In this document: positions 16,615-25,768 of the stretch, in pieces
How positions within the stretch are numbered: the first letter of the stretch is position 1
How the letters are laid out: each line of letters begins with the position of its first letter
DNA from: a virus
Strand: one strand, 5' to 3'
Virus record (IMG/VR): IMGVR_UViG_3300037473_000190
Coordinates: 1-46,401 of that record
Length of the DNA: 46,401 bases
Notes under the pieces: model-generated
Told to the model about the DNA's origin: nothing
Databases searched by the model: none
Seen by the model: the letters and a program-made list of their open reading frames with translations, nothing else
Program-made: the position numbers and the translations under genes

Positions 16615-17598
16615 TTACGAGCCGCCTTTGAAGATCGCCTGGTAGAACGCAGGCGAAATTCCCCAGTCCATGCGGCACTTGTACTCGATGTCGTCGTACG
16701 CGTAACCCCACTGATCGTCGCCGCCGCCCAACTTCTGGGCGGGAGGCGCCATGAGCAGCGCGGGTTCCGTCTGTCCTTCGAGCATCGTCACTTCGATCGC
16801 GTGCAGATCCTGCGGGTCCGCGAACAGATACCACCTGTTCGGGAACGCCGTAAGATACGGCTCCACGACGAGCGTGAGCCCGCCGGAAAGCGCGGGCGAC
16901 AAGAGCGGGTTCGAGTTCGGACCGTCGGTCGAGCCGCGCGCGATGGCCGTCGAATTGAGCAGCCATTGGGCGACGTCGGCCTTCGCGGGCGAAACGACGA
17001 GGTACTTCGCGCGCATGCCGAGGATCTCCGAGGTGTGGGGATCCGTGGCCGTCGCGATGACCTTCATGCCGTTCTGCACCGCCGCGATGCCGGTGACGTC
17101 GGCCGTCAGAGCGTCGGACGAGCTGTTCGCCGCGCGGATCAGCGACGAACCGTCGTACGCGTTCGGATTCGACTCGAGCACTTCGCAAACCTTCTTTGCG
17201 ATCGTGCGACCCGCGGCGCGGCCGAGTTTCGTCGGGACGTCCTGAAACGCGTTCAGGTCATCGTTGATGACCGTCTCGCGAAGCAGGTTGAACGTCTCGC
17301 CGAAAGTCTCGAGCGCGATCGAGTAGCCGTAGTCCTTCATCGTGCCGCTCTGGTACGGACCGCCGGGCAGCCGCTTCTTGAGATCCTGGATCTCAGAAAG
17401 CCACTTCCGGTTGTGCGACTTGAAGTCGTCGACCGTCGTCGATTTGCAGAACAGATTCCACGAGGACGGCCAGCCCTTGAATGCCTTGATGAGCATCTTG
17501 TGCTGAACGTCGGCCATGATGTTCGGGAAATCGGACGGCGAACCGCTTTCGCGGAGCTCCGACCAAATCTTGAGAAGCGAACCTTTTTTAAATCGCAT
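16615..17598 (-). CDS. Major capsid protein (327 aa)
   Basis: It follows the scaffold and decoration genes, as in lambda-like head modules. ATG at 17598 lies 8 nt after GAGGGGG. It is flanked by a consensus promoter upstream of the unit and a terminator downstream. Confidence 0.75.
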   Translation of the reverse strand: MRFKKGSLLKIWSELRESGSPSDFPNIMADVQHKMLIKAFKGWPSSWNLFCKSTTVDDFKSHNRKWLSEIQDLKKRLPGGPYQSGTMKDYGYSIALETFGETFNLLRETVINDDLNAFQDVPTKLGRAAGRTIAKKVCEVLESNPNAYDGSSLIRAANSSSDALTADVTGIAAVQNGMKVIATATDPHTSEILGMRAKYLVVSPAKADVAQWLLNSTAIARGSTDGPNSNPLLSPALSGGLTLVVEPYLTAFPNRWYLFADPQDLHAIEVTMLEGQTEPALLMAPPAQKLGGGDDQWGYAYDDIEYKCRMDWGISPAFYQAIFKGGS

Positions 17599-17695
17599 GA
17601 ATATCACCCCCTCTCTCATTCGTTGATCTTTTGCGCGCTTATCCGTCCGCGCTCGGGTTCGCTTATGAAACTAATTTTTTCTTTGGAACGAATTC

Positions 17696-18058
17696 TTACT
17701 GCGCGTTGCCTGCCGCCGCACGCGGGAAGCCCACGTTCAAGCGGAGCAGATAGACCTGGTTCGTCGAGTCGAGCGTGTCGACGATCTGCGCGACCTCGAG
17801 ATCCTTCGCCGCAGCACCCAGGGACAGGAGCGAGTTCGTCCGGTCCCAGTACAGGAAGCAACCCGCCGCGAGCGTCCCGCCAATGGCGAGAGTGTGCGCG
17901 ACGAGGCCTTCCATGATGAACGCGACCGTCTGGTTCGCCACGGCGTGAGCCACGGGGATACCGGCGATCAGGTTCTGCACGGTGAAGGTTCCCGAAGAAA
18001 CGGGCGCCGCGGGCTTGACGTCCACGCGACGGCCGAGCGGGTTTTTCAGGTTCAGCAT
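17696..18058 (-). CDS. DUF2190-like head decoration / cement protein
   Basis: 120 aa, between scaffold and capsid genes. The pattern ...AGCFLYWDRTN...VYLLRLNVG resembles DUF2190 proteins (aG..vYWD...v.v.L). Confidence 0.55.
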   Translation of the reverse strand: MLNLKNPLGRRVDVKPAAPVSSGTFTVQNLIAGIPVAHAVANQTVAFIMEGLVAHTLAIGGTLAAGCFLYWDRTNSLLSLGAAAKDLEVAQIVDTLDSTNQVYLLRLNVGFPRAAAGNAQ

Positions 18059-18158
18059 GACTTACCCCCTTCGGAAAAAACTTCGTAAAATTTTGGGCTT
18101 CATGCCCTCTCGCATTTCCGTACCGCGTTACGCACGCGGTGATGCGCCTGCGGTACGT

Positions 18159-19700
18159 TTATTCCTTGTCTTTTTCCTTCACGGGCGCGACGCCCATGCG
18201 GTCTTCGAGGGCGGCGACGCTCTCGGTGACCACGGTCTCGTCCTTCTTGCCGCCGCCGATGCCGACCTTCTTGCCGGACAGCTTCGCGACGTACTCGAGC
18301 TCCTTCGTGATCGATTCCTTCACGACGGTCTCGAGCTCCGCGTCGTCCTTGAACACGCGGCCCTTCAAGCTCTCGCAGAGGCGCACCTGCGCTTCGTCGG
18401 GCAGCTTCGATTCGCTGATGAGCTTCGCGGTCTTCGCGATCTGGATCTTGGCCTTCTCGGCGATCTTCATGTCTTCGATCTCTTTCACGAGCGGCGCCGT
18501 GGCTTCCTTAACGGCCGCGTCCTTCTCGGCCTTGAAGCTTTCGCGCAGCTCTCCGGTGATCGTCGCGCGCAGCTCGGTCTCGAGCGTACGCACGAGTTCG
18601 CCGCAACCCTCGCGCAGTTCTTTGAGCGTTTTGAACATGGTCTTCTCCTCGTTAATTTTCCCGGATTCGAGCAGGTACTCGACCCGGCCTCTCGCGCCCG
18701 GCTCCGTCACCCAGTCGACGGAACGCGGATTCACGATGGCCTCGATCACTTCCATTTGCTGGCCGTCGATTTCTTTGAATCCACGCTTGCCCGACGCGTT
18801 GATGCTCAAGCCGATGCTTTCTCTGAACACGGGGTCTTTCATCTTCATCCAGAGATAATCGTCATGGATGTGAATGCGCCCCATCGCTTTTCCTTCTTCG
18901 TACCAACTCTCGACGATCGTCGAGACCCAGTCCTTGATCGACCGCTCGGGTTTCTCCGCGTCTTCGCGCGCCGTCGGGTGATCGATGTAATTTTTGAGCT
19001 GCGCAAAAAGCGGCGCGGCCTCTTGAATGGTCTTCTTCGGGTAATGGCGCTTCTTGGAATAGTTCGTGCCCGCCTCGATGAGGACAGCCACGACCTCGCG
19101 CTTCTCCTCGTTGAACGTCGCCTCGCGGACCGAGATCTTCTCGACGCCTTCCTCGACCTCGGCGTTCGCGCGTCCGAACGCTTCCTCGCGGCGGCGATGC
19201 TCCGCGCTCTCGCGCGCGATGAACGTCATGTCGACCGGCGTCGGATCGGCGAGCTGGATCTGCCCCGCCTCGTCGCTGTAGTTCATGCGGAAATACTGCC
19301 CCGCGTAATCCACGACGCAGTAATCGGCGAAAACGTAGCACACGTACGCGAGCGAGTCGCCGTATTCGTTCTTCGGGAAGAAAGATGAAAAGTTGACCGC
19401 GTTCTGCAGCCGCAGCGTGATGTCCTGGAACGAACCGACCGGGAGGGATTCCTGCACCTTCGCGACCGCCTTCTCGACGGTCTTCATGTGCTTCTCGAGC
19501 CAGTCGTTCGCGCGCGCCTTGTCGAAACGATCACGGTCGAAGTAGAACGACGCGATCGCGTAACGGCCTTCCTTCGTCTTGACGAGCTTCGCCTTCACGC
19601 CGCCGCCGATCGCGAGCATGCGCTCCGATCCGGACACGGGCCCGGTGACTTCCTGCGCGACAACGAAATTGCCGCCTTCCTGCGTGAATGTGAACCTCAT
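18159..19700 (-). CDS. Scaffolding protein, possibly fused to a prohead protease-like N-terminal region (513 aa)
   Basis: It sits between the portal and capsid genes. The C-terminal 170 aa are strongly charged coiled coil (KELREGCGELVRTLETELRATITGELRESFKAEKDAAVKE...). I could not identify protease catalytic residues. Confidence 0.55.
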   Translation of the reverse strand: MRFTFTQEGGNFVVAQEVTGPVSGSERMLAIGGGVKAKLVKTKEGRYAIASFYFDRDRFDKARANDWLEKHMKTVEKAVAKVQESLPVGSFQDITLRLQNAVNFSSFFPKNEYGDSLAYVCYVFADYCVVDYAGQYFRMNYSDEAGQIQLADPTPVDMTFIARESAEHRRREEAFGRANAEVEEGVEKISVREATFNEEKREVVAVLIEAGTNYSKKRHYPKKTIQEAAPLFAQLKNYIDHPTAREDAEKPERSIKDWVSTIVESWYEEGKAMGRIHIHDDYLWMKMKDPVFRESIGLSINASGKRGFKEIDGQQMEVIEAIVNPRSVDWVTEPGARGRVEYLLESGKINEEKTMFKTLKELREGCGELVRTLETELRATITGELRESFKAEKDAAVKEATAPLVKEIEDMKIAEKAKIQIAKTAKLISESKLPDEAQVRLCESLKGRVFKDDAELETVVKESITKELEYVAKLSGKKVGIGGGKKDETVVTESVAALEDRMGVAPVKEKDKE

Positions 19701-19724
19701 CGATCCCTCCGAAACTTTAGCGAA

Positions 19725-19753
19725 ACTATAGTCGATTCAGCATGCGTTGTCAA
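19725..19753 (-). promoter_or_regulatory. Sigma70-type promoter TTGACA-N17-TATAGT
   Basis: The minus strand reads TTGACA ACGCATGCTGAATCGAC TATAGT. It begins 14 nt after the portal stop and lies about 25 nt upstream of the scaffold start. Confidence 0.7.
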
Positions 19754-19766
19754 ACGCTCACACTTT

Positions 19767-22109
19767 TTAACTTCCACGCGATTCCTCGAACAAAAGGAAC
19801 CCGCGCTTGGCATCGGCCTCGGCGTCCTTCAAAAGTTTGATGTCGGATTCGCTCAGAGCTTCGTCGCCGACGAGCTGGATCGCGTGCCTGCACTCGCCGA
19901 GGCACTCCTGGTCTCCCGGCGTCGGCACCGTCTCGGCGGTCCATGGGTTGCCCGCGATCGCGGCCTCGCAGCCCGGGCAGTTCTTCGAGTCCTCGACGCC
20001 GACGAAATTCGCCTCCATGCCGCCCGCCTCGCGCGCCGCCTGCTTTACCGCGCGCTCCTCGACCGTCCAGAATGCGCCCGCGTACGACCCGACGCGCTTG
20101 GCGAACGCCTGCGACGCCTCGCGCACGGCCTTCTTCGCGGCCGCCTCCGATTCGAACTCCTCGCCCATGAGCGCCGTGAGCTTCCGGCGAACGTCGGGCC
20201 CGAGCGATTCGGTGACATACCCTTCGTTCCAGTCCATTTGACCTTTGACGAACGAATGCCCGAGCGCCTCGGTGATGCGGCCTTCTTTGAGCGCGCGCGA
20301 CTTGACGTACGATTCGCCGAACGCGACGGCCTCCGGGATGTAACGGCCCGCGAGCTTGAGCATTCCGTCCTCGAGGATCTTCGCCGACTTCTCGACCGCG
20401 ATCTCTTTGATCTTCCACTTCTCGTTCGACGTGCGGCCGCCGTTCACGATGTCGCCCTGCACCATGTGAAACGTCGCGCTGTTGGCCGCTTCCGTCGTGA
20501 ACTTCTTGAACACGCCGCCGAGCTCGCGCGCGTATCCGTTCATCCGCGCGATGACGCGCCGATTCTTGTCCGCAAGGCGCACGGCCGGGTTGCGCCGCGT
20601 CGAAAACCCGGACGTCGCGACACCCGCTTCGCGATTCGGCGCACCGGCTCCGAACGCCCCGCCGCCGATGCCCGGGTCGAACGCGATCGGCTCGTCGAAT
20701 TCTTTCTTCATCTCGTCGTCGATGTTGTTCACGCCGCAGCCCTGCATGAAAAGCCGCTGCGCGGTTTCCGTCGGGATGAGCTGCTTCGACTTGGCGGTCC
20801 CGAGCCCCTCGGCGAGTGCTTTGATGTCGACCTCGAGGATCGGCGGGAAGTCGACGTCGATCGTGCGATCGAAATCCATGCCCTGCCGCACGTACAGGCG
20901 ATTCTTCGTCGGGTTGTACTCGAGTGCGGCGGTGCTGCGCGCCTCGAGACGCCGGTCGAGCTCCCACCCCAGAAGATCGAGGACGATACCCTCCCACATT
21001 TTTTGATTCGCCTTGAACGCCTTGAGCATCGGCAGCTCCATTGCCGTGGCCGTCGCAAGGTTGCCCGTCGACGGATCGCCGAAATAATGCTCCATGAGGC
21101 CGAACGCCGCGCACACCATGAGAAGCGACCGACGGATGCCGACCTCGAAAAGCTGCCCGCTTCCGGGTTTCAACTCGATCGCCGAATTCTCGACGAGCTC
21201 GTTCTCCATGATCGTGGATCCCGCGCCGCGCGCCGGGTTCGTGAGCTGCGTGTTCTGCGCGTACCGCGTGCGCATCGCCTCGACCTGCGACTTCGAACCC
21301 TTGATCTTTTTCTTCAAAGCGTATTGGCTCTGCGCGCGGATGAAGCTCGACATGTCGCTCGAGATGCCCGAATGCGAATTCACCCAGTCGAGCGCGCGGT
21401 AGACCATTGGGACGCCGCGCTTGTCGAGCGCGTCGTTATTGATCTTGACGTGATAGATGTACGCGTCTTCGATGACGTTTTCGGCGGGGATGCTGTAATC
21501 TTTCAGCTGCTTCGCGAACTCCTCCGCGCCGTCGGATTCCCGGCGCAGCGCGGCCGCGTTCTGCCAGTCCGCGACGTACTGCGTCACGCTGCCGAACTGC
21601 CGCTTGTAAAAAAGCGTGCGCATCGCATTGTTTTTGTCGACGATGACGTCGACGATCGAGAGGGGGTCTACGAGGGAAATATACGTCGAGCCGTCCGGGT
21701 CCGGCTGCATGACGAAACAGAGCTCGCCGTCGTACACGAGCTTATTCGACGCTTTGACCTGGGACTGGGGTTTCGTAAAGGTGAGTCGGTTGTCTGGATC
21801 GTTCCAGAACCGATCGATGAACTCTTGAACTTCGGGGTCTTTGGCTTTGGGCTTCGTGATGCCCTCGCCGAAGGTGTACGTCGTGATGATGTTGATCGCC
21901 TGCCCGACGGCCGGCGACTTAATCCACGCAAGGCGGGAACGCTGCACCATGCGCACATACGATTCGCGCGCGAGCGTCTGCGACAAGCCCGTCTGCCCCG
22001 ACATCGACACCCACCCGAGATCCTCGAGCTTACGCTCGAGATCTTGGAGATTCTCACGGATCTGATCGGACTGCTTTGCGCTGCCGATCTCGATGCCGAA
22101 GATTCTCAT
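19767..22109 (-). CDS. Portal protein with a C-terminal MuF / SPP1 gp7-like head morphogenesis extension (780 aa)
   Basis: It follows TerL with an ATGA overlap, and the N-terminal roughly 480 aa are portal-sized. The C-terminal part carries VEDSKNCPGCEAAIAGNPW...PTPGDQECLGECRHAIQLV, resembling the Cys/His tail of MuF-family minor capsid proteins. Confidence 0.75.
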   Translation of the reverse strand: MRIFGIEIGSAKQSDQIRENLQDLERKLEDLGWVSMSGQTGLSQTLARESYVRMVQRSRLAWIKSPAVGQAINIITTYTFGEGITKPKAKDPEVQEFIDRFWNDPDNRLTFTKPQSQVKASNKLVYDGELCFVMQPDPDGSTYISLVDPLSIVDVIVDKNNAMRTLFYKRQFGSVTQYVADWQNAAALRRESDGAEEFAKQLKDYSIPAENVIEDAYIYHVKINNDALDKRGVPMVYRALDWVNSHSGISSDMSSFIRAQSQYALKKKIKGSKSQVEAMRTRYAQNTQLTNPARGAGSTIMENELVENSAIELKPGSGQLFEVGIRRSLLMVCAAFGLMEHYFGDPSTGNLATATAMELPMLKAFKANQKMWEGIVLDLLGWELDRRLEARSTAALEYNPTKNRLYVRQGMDFDRTIDVDFPPILEVDIKALAEGLGTAKSKQLIPTETAQRLFMQGCGVNNIDDEMKKEFDEPIAFDPGIGGGAFGAGAPNREAGVATSGFSTRRNPAVRLADKNRRVIARMNGYARELGGVFKKFTTEAANSATFHMVQGDIVNGGRTSNEKWKIKEIAVEKSAKILEDGMLKLAGRYIPEAVAFGESYVKSRALKEGRITEALGHSFVKGQMDWNEGYVTESLGPDVRRKLTALMGEEFESEAAAKKAVREASQAFAKRVGSYAGAFWTVEERAVKQAAREAGGMEANFVGVEDSKNCPGCEAAIAGNPWTAETVPTPGDQECLGECRHAIQLVGDEALSESDIKLLKDAEADAKRGFLLFEESRGS

Positions 22110-23797
22110 ATTTGCGGGGTCACCTCGACGCGGTCGAAATCATCCGTCTGAACTTCTTCTTCCTCCACCACGACGTCGAAGCTTTCGGCGATCGATAGAC
22201 AAACACCGGCGACGGCGTCGGCGCAGTCCTTCGAGCCGTGCGGCGGGTGATCGACTTTCTTCCCGTCGCGGAGCTCCAAACGCTTGCACTCTAGCAAGAA
22301 GTGGGCGTGAGCGCAACAATTAAATCTTGACATGTTTAACAGGTCTTTAAATGTGTCGTAACCCTTCATGTCCCGATCGACAGAAATTAACTTCGTTAAG
22401 TACCCGCGCCCCTCGAGGATCTGCCGCGAGTCGACGCTCTGAAATTGGTCGTACGACACGCACATGATCGGAAACCCGCGCTCCGAAAGCGCGTACACGA
22501 TCTCGCGCACCGCGTCGAACGAGATCTGATCACGCCCGAGGATCATGTCGAACGTCTGCCCGCCTGCCCGCAGCTCCTGCGCGCGAAGCTCCGACACGAT
22601 GCGCAATATGAGCGGCACCTTCACGACGCCCTGCGCGTTCATCGCTCCCATTGCGAACCCGCACGCGTCGCGGCGCTGCCCGAGATCGATGTGGACGTAG
22701 TACATGAGCCCCGGCTCCGGCGCGAAACTCGGATCGATCGCATTCGCCACGCACGGCACCGGTGCGCCTGCCGCGACGATCGCCGCGATGCGCTCCTGCT
22801 CGTTCATGTCGAGGTACGGATCGAGCGCGAGCGACGCCACCGCTCCGAAGTCGCGCCACGCCTTCATCGGGTTGCGCCGGAACGCCTTCTCGTACTTCTT
22901 CGGGATCTTCACCGTCTCGCCGCTCTGCGGGTGAACAAGCTCGAACGTCTCACCACGCGCGATCATCTCGATGTCCTCGGGCTTATTCTCCCACGTCGCG
23001 CGCCGCTTGGCCGACACGAGCGGGTTCGTGCGCGCCTCCTCCATTTTGCGCTCCGTGAAATCATCGACGTATCGCGGCGACGAGATCACGCACAAAAGCC
23101 CGTCCTCTCCAAATCGCGACGTGATGCGGCGATCGAGGCCGTCGTGTATCTCCTGCGCGACGTCGTGCGTGTCCGTCTGCGTGAAGAACGAGGCCTCGTC
23201 GATGTTCGCCATGAAAATGTTGTAACCGAGCGGCGCGGTCTCGCTGCTCGATGCGGGGAAAATGACGATGTTCTTCGGGAACCGGAGCTCACTCTGCACC
23301 GTCGGGTCCGGCAGCGCGTACTTCTGGAACCACGGCGAATTCTTGACGCGCTCCACAATGTCGCCGAACACGACGCGCTTCGCCTGCGGCGCCGACAGCG
23401 ACGTGTTGACGAGCGCGATCTTCGACCCCTTGGCGAGCCCTGGATAAAATCGCTGCGGCTCACGTAAGCACAAAAGCCGGTACACCGCGTAACAAAAAAT
23501 ATACGTCACACGGAACGACTTGCCCGACCCGATGCCCATGTCGCGAACGATCTCTTGAAAATGCGAAAGCCGCCGTGATGTCGGCGGCTCATTGAAAATT
23601 TCTTCGAGATCCTCGAGGATCGCGGGCCAACATTCGTCGGCCGCATTCAAATAATCCGGGCTCGTAATGAACTCATGAATCCCAACGGGGCGATGCTCGA
23701 ACTCCGGGTGATCGAGAAAGAACATGACCTCGTCGACAGAAACGAGGCCTTCCTCAAGTCGCCGAATGATCTCCTTCGTGGCCGGATCCATTTCCAT
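22106..23797 (-). CDS. terL: Terminase large subunit
   Basis: Walker A-like DMGIGSGKSF, Walker B-like NIFMANIDEASFF, 563 aa, directly upstream of the portal gene. Confidence 0.9.
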   Translation of the reverse strand: MEMDPATKEIIRRLEEGLVSVDEVMFFLDHPEFEHRPVGIHEFITSPDYLNAADECWPAILEDLEEIFNEPPTSRRLSHFQEIVRDMGIGSGKSFRVTYIFCYAVYRLLCLREPQRFYPGLAKGSKIALVNTSLSAPQAKRVVFGDIVERVKNSPWFQKYALPDPTVQSELRFPKNIVIFPASSSETAPLGYNIFMANIDEASFFTQTDTHDVAQEIHDGLDRRITSRFGEDGLLCVISSPRYVDDFTERKMEEARTNPLVSAKRRATWENKPEDIEMIARGETFELVHPQSGETVKIPKKYEKAFRRNPMKAWRDFGAVASLALDPYLDMNEQERIAAIVAAGAPVPCVANAIDPSFAPEPGLMYYVHIDLGQRRDACGFAMGAMNAQGVVKVPLILRIVSELRAQELRAGGQTFDMILGRDQISFDAVREIVYALSERGFPIMCVSYDQFQSVDSRQILEGRGYLTKLISVDRDMKGYDTFKDLLNMSRFNCCAHAHFLLECKRLELRDGKKVDHPPHGSKDCADAVAGVCLSIAESFDVVVEEEEVQTDDFDRVEVTPQI

Positions 23798-24254
23798 TCG
23801 CGCCGTTACCTCCGTTGCCGTTCGTGTGCGGGATCTCTTTGATCGCCCCGTTCTTCGTGAACCCTGCGGCCGTGAGCGCCGCCCGAAGACCGAGCCGGGC
23901 CTGCATGGGCATCTCGCCGATAAGTGCGGGCGTCTGCATGTTGAGCTGCAGGTTATTCTGATTCACGACGATGCCCTGCTGCCGCGGCTTCCACCGCTCC
24001 GGCGCGCGGTTGTAGAGGTATTCCTTCTGGGCCGGGACGTCGCCCTTAATCGCCTCGCGGTACAGTGCGTCCTCGACGATCTCGATGCGCGAAAGCTTCG
24101 CCTCCTCCGCGCGGCCGCGAAGCGGGGGATCGGCCTGCTTCCAGTTCCACCACGTCTTGTAATCGATGCCCGCCGCTTCGACCGCCTTCATCTCGGCGAG
24201 TCCGCTCTCGAGCCCGGCTATAATCTTGGCGGTGACGGCTTCCTTGTCGTACAC
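23754..24254 (-). CDS. terS: Terminase small subunit candidate (166 aa)
   Basis: It is directly upstream of TerL and overlaps it. The N-terminal part is HTH-like (VTAKIIAGLESGLAEMKAVEAAGIDYKTWWNWKQ). The proposed GTG start at 24254 follows GGGGG. The stretch further upstream in the track ORF looks non-coding. Confidence 0.6.
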   Translation of the reverse strand: MYDKEAVTAKIIAGLESGLAEMKAVEAAGIDYKTWWNWKQADPPLRGRAEEAKLSRIEIVEDALYREAIKGDVPAQKEYLYNRAPERWKPRQQGIVVNQNNLQLNMQTPALIGEMPMQARLGLRAALTAAGFTKNGAIKEIPHTNGNGGNGANGNGSGHEGDHSAT

Positions 24255-24391
24255 GGTTACCCCCGCGAGTTGGAATTCTTGGAGAAAGTATACACCCCGA
24301 AACACGAAAAGGGAAGGACGTCGCCTTGGCACCCCTCCCTTTCCCGGCACCCCTTGCGCCGGAAACCACACACCACGTTTGAGATACTTCT

Positions 24392-24409
24392 TAAGAGAGT
24401 ACTCTCTTA
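24392..24409. promoter_or_regulatory. Perfect 18-bp AT-rich palindrome TAAGAGAGTACTCTCTTA
   Basis: Read directly from the sequence. It lies 2 nt downstream of a small-gene stop and 138 nt upstream of the proposed terS start. Confidence 0.8.
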
Positions 24410-24410
24410 T

Positions 24411-24554
24411 TTATACGCCCGAGGGAATTTCCTGCGCGTGAGAGTGCGCCGGTAAATTCCTCGGCGCGAGGAACTTTTTGACCGTCTCCGCGACCCAAAC
24501 CGCGACGAACGCGACCATGATCCCCAGAATCGCCGCGACCACGATCGTCTTCAT
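24411..24554 (-). CDS. Small single-TM protein (47 aa)
   Basis: MKTIVVAAILGIMVAFVAVWVAETVKKF.... The Shine-Dalgarno is weak, so this is uncertain. Confidence 0.4.
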   Translation of the reverse strand: MKTIVVAAILGIMVAFVAVWVAETVKKFLAPRNLPAHSHAQEIPSGV

Positions 24555-24622
24555 CCGGCGGCGCTGCCTCGTCCTCGCGAAAAAAATCTCGCGACGCGTC
24601 CCGCCGCCCTTCGAATAGCTGC

Positions 24623-24784
24623 TCACTGGTCGACGCGAAACTTCTCGCCCGAAAAGTAATGCGCCGCGAGGCAAAGCGCCCCGATCCCGAATGCCATGAG
24701 CGCCCACACCCACTCGCGTTCGTAAACGTAATGCCCCACCGCCATGAAATTGACGAGCCCCGCGATATAAATCATTGTCCGCAT
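24623..24784 (-). CDS. Small two-TM membrane protein (53 aa)
   Basis: Not in the ORF track. ATG at 24784 follows GGAGG. Translation: [53 protein letters not shown]. Confidence 0.55.
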   Translation of the reverse strand: MRTMIYIAGLVNFMAVGHYVYEREWVWALMAFGIGALCLAAHYFSGEKFRVDQ

Positions 24785-24996
24785 CGCTTCCAAACCTCCA
24801 ATTTTTTCGAGTTGACCTTCGCGACCACGCCTTCAAATTTCACATACACGAACCACTCCCCCGAGTCGTCACGCGCGATCGCGTTGACCGCGCCCCGGAT
24901 CTTGCGCCTCTTAAAAATGAGCTGCGGGTGCGCGATCTCCGCGTCGCGCACCCAGAACTCAACGACGTCGCCGAAGCGTACGCCGGAATCGTTCAC
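24772..24996 (-). CDS. Hypothetical protein (74 aa)
   Basis: GTG at 24996 forms a GTGA overlap with the csp stop. Composition is coding-like (…[49 protein letters not shown]…). Confidence 0.5.
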   Translation of the reverse strand: MNDSGVRFGDVVEFWVRDAEIAHPQLIFKRRKIRGAVNAIARDDSGEWFVYVKFEGVVAKVNSKKLEVWKRCGQ

Positions 24997-25217
24997 TCCG
25001 GCCGCACCCGCACCGCCTGCGGCCCCTTCTGCCCGTCTTCGACCTCGAACGTGACGCGCTCCCCTTCCTCGAGGTTCTTGTGTCCCACGCCGTCGATGCC
25101 GGAGTAATGCACGAACACGTCCTTCTTGCCGCGCCCGCCGTCCTCCGTGATGAACCCGAAACCCTTTTTCTTGTCGAACCACTTAACCAAACCGGCCCGG
25201 CGTACGCCTTCCGTCAT
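24993..25217 (-). CDS. csp: Cold-shock domain protein (CspA family)
   Basis: [20 protein letters not shown]...DVFVHYSGI contains the RNP1 (KGFGFI) and RNP2 (VFVHY) motifs. 74 aa, with GAGGAG SD. Confidence 0.9.
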   Translation of the reverse strand: MTEGVRRAGLVKWFDKKKGFGFITEDGGRGKKDVFVHYSGIDGVGHKNLEEGERVTFEVEDGQKGPQAVRVRPE

Positions 25218-25300
25218 GACGATCTCCTCGAGTTCACCGCGCGCGACCGACGCGATGCGATTTTTTTACCCGGCGCCGATCGCACGCCGTCATTCTAATT

Positions 25301-25528
25301 TTATTTTTTCGGCTTCCGCGCTTCGCGCCACTTCGCGATGCACTCGCTCGACATGCACGACGTCGGGTTCGGCATCCTGTCCGTCTCGTTCATGATCGGC
25401 TCTTTGCAGAACGAGCACATGTCGACCGGCTTCCACTTCGGCCCGCCGAGCATTCCTGCGCCCATGAGCCCGGCGACGCTGAGACTTAAAATGTGGGACG
25501 GCGTGACTTTCTTTTTCTCGTCGCTCAA
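25301..25528 (-). CDS. Hypothetical small Cys-containing protein (75 aa, TTG start)
   Basis: Track ORF. The TTG start forms a TTGA overlap with the upstream stop. Contains CSFC...C...C. Confidence 0.45.
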   Translation of the reverse strand: MSDEKKKVTPSHILSLSVAGLMGAGMLGGPKWKPVDMCSFCKEPIMNETDRMPNPTSCMSSECIAKWREARKPKK

Positions 25529-25767
25529 AGCCGCACCCGCTTCTTGATCGGTACGTTCTTCTTGCCTCTGTAAATATACCCGCCGATGCCCACGATGTAA
25601 CCCTCCTTCAAGACGTGTTCGCGAAGCTTCTGATGCACGACCGTACTCGCCCGGATCCCGTCGATGAGCGAAAACGGAATCACCATGCCGCCTTCGATCC
25701 GCTCGAGGACTTCCTCGACGCGCGCCACCGCCTGCTCGAAGTGCGCCGGGTCGTACTGCATCGACAT
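25525..25767 (-). CDS. Hypothetical protein (80 aa)
   Basis: Track ORF with an ATG start, tightly packed between its neighbours. Confidence 0.5.
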   Translation of the reverse strand: MSMQYDPAHFEQAVARVEEVLERIEGGMVIPFSLIDGIRASTVVHQKLREHVLKEGYIVGIGGYIYRGKKNVPIKKRVRL

Positions 25768-25768
25768 T

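Noticed and set aside
24287-24315. A late promoter called from the TATACT box upstream of terS.
   Set aside because: The best -35 at 17-nt spacing is TTCCCT, which is a poor match. I did not annotate it as a feature because it may require an activator or may not be a promoter at all.
24328-24360. A sigma54-type promoter (GGCAC ... TTGC) at ccGGCACcccTTGCgcc.
   Set aside because: The GG-to-GC spacing is about 2 nt too short for the -24/-12 consensus. The element is also on the plus strand, opposite to all genes.
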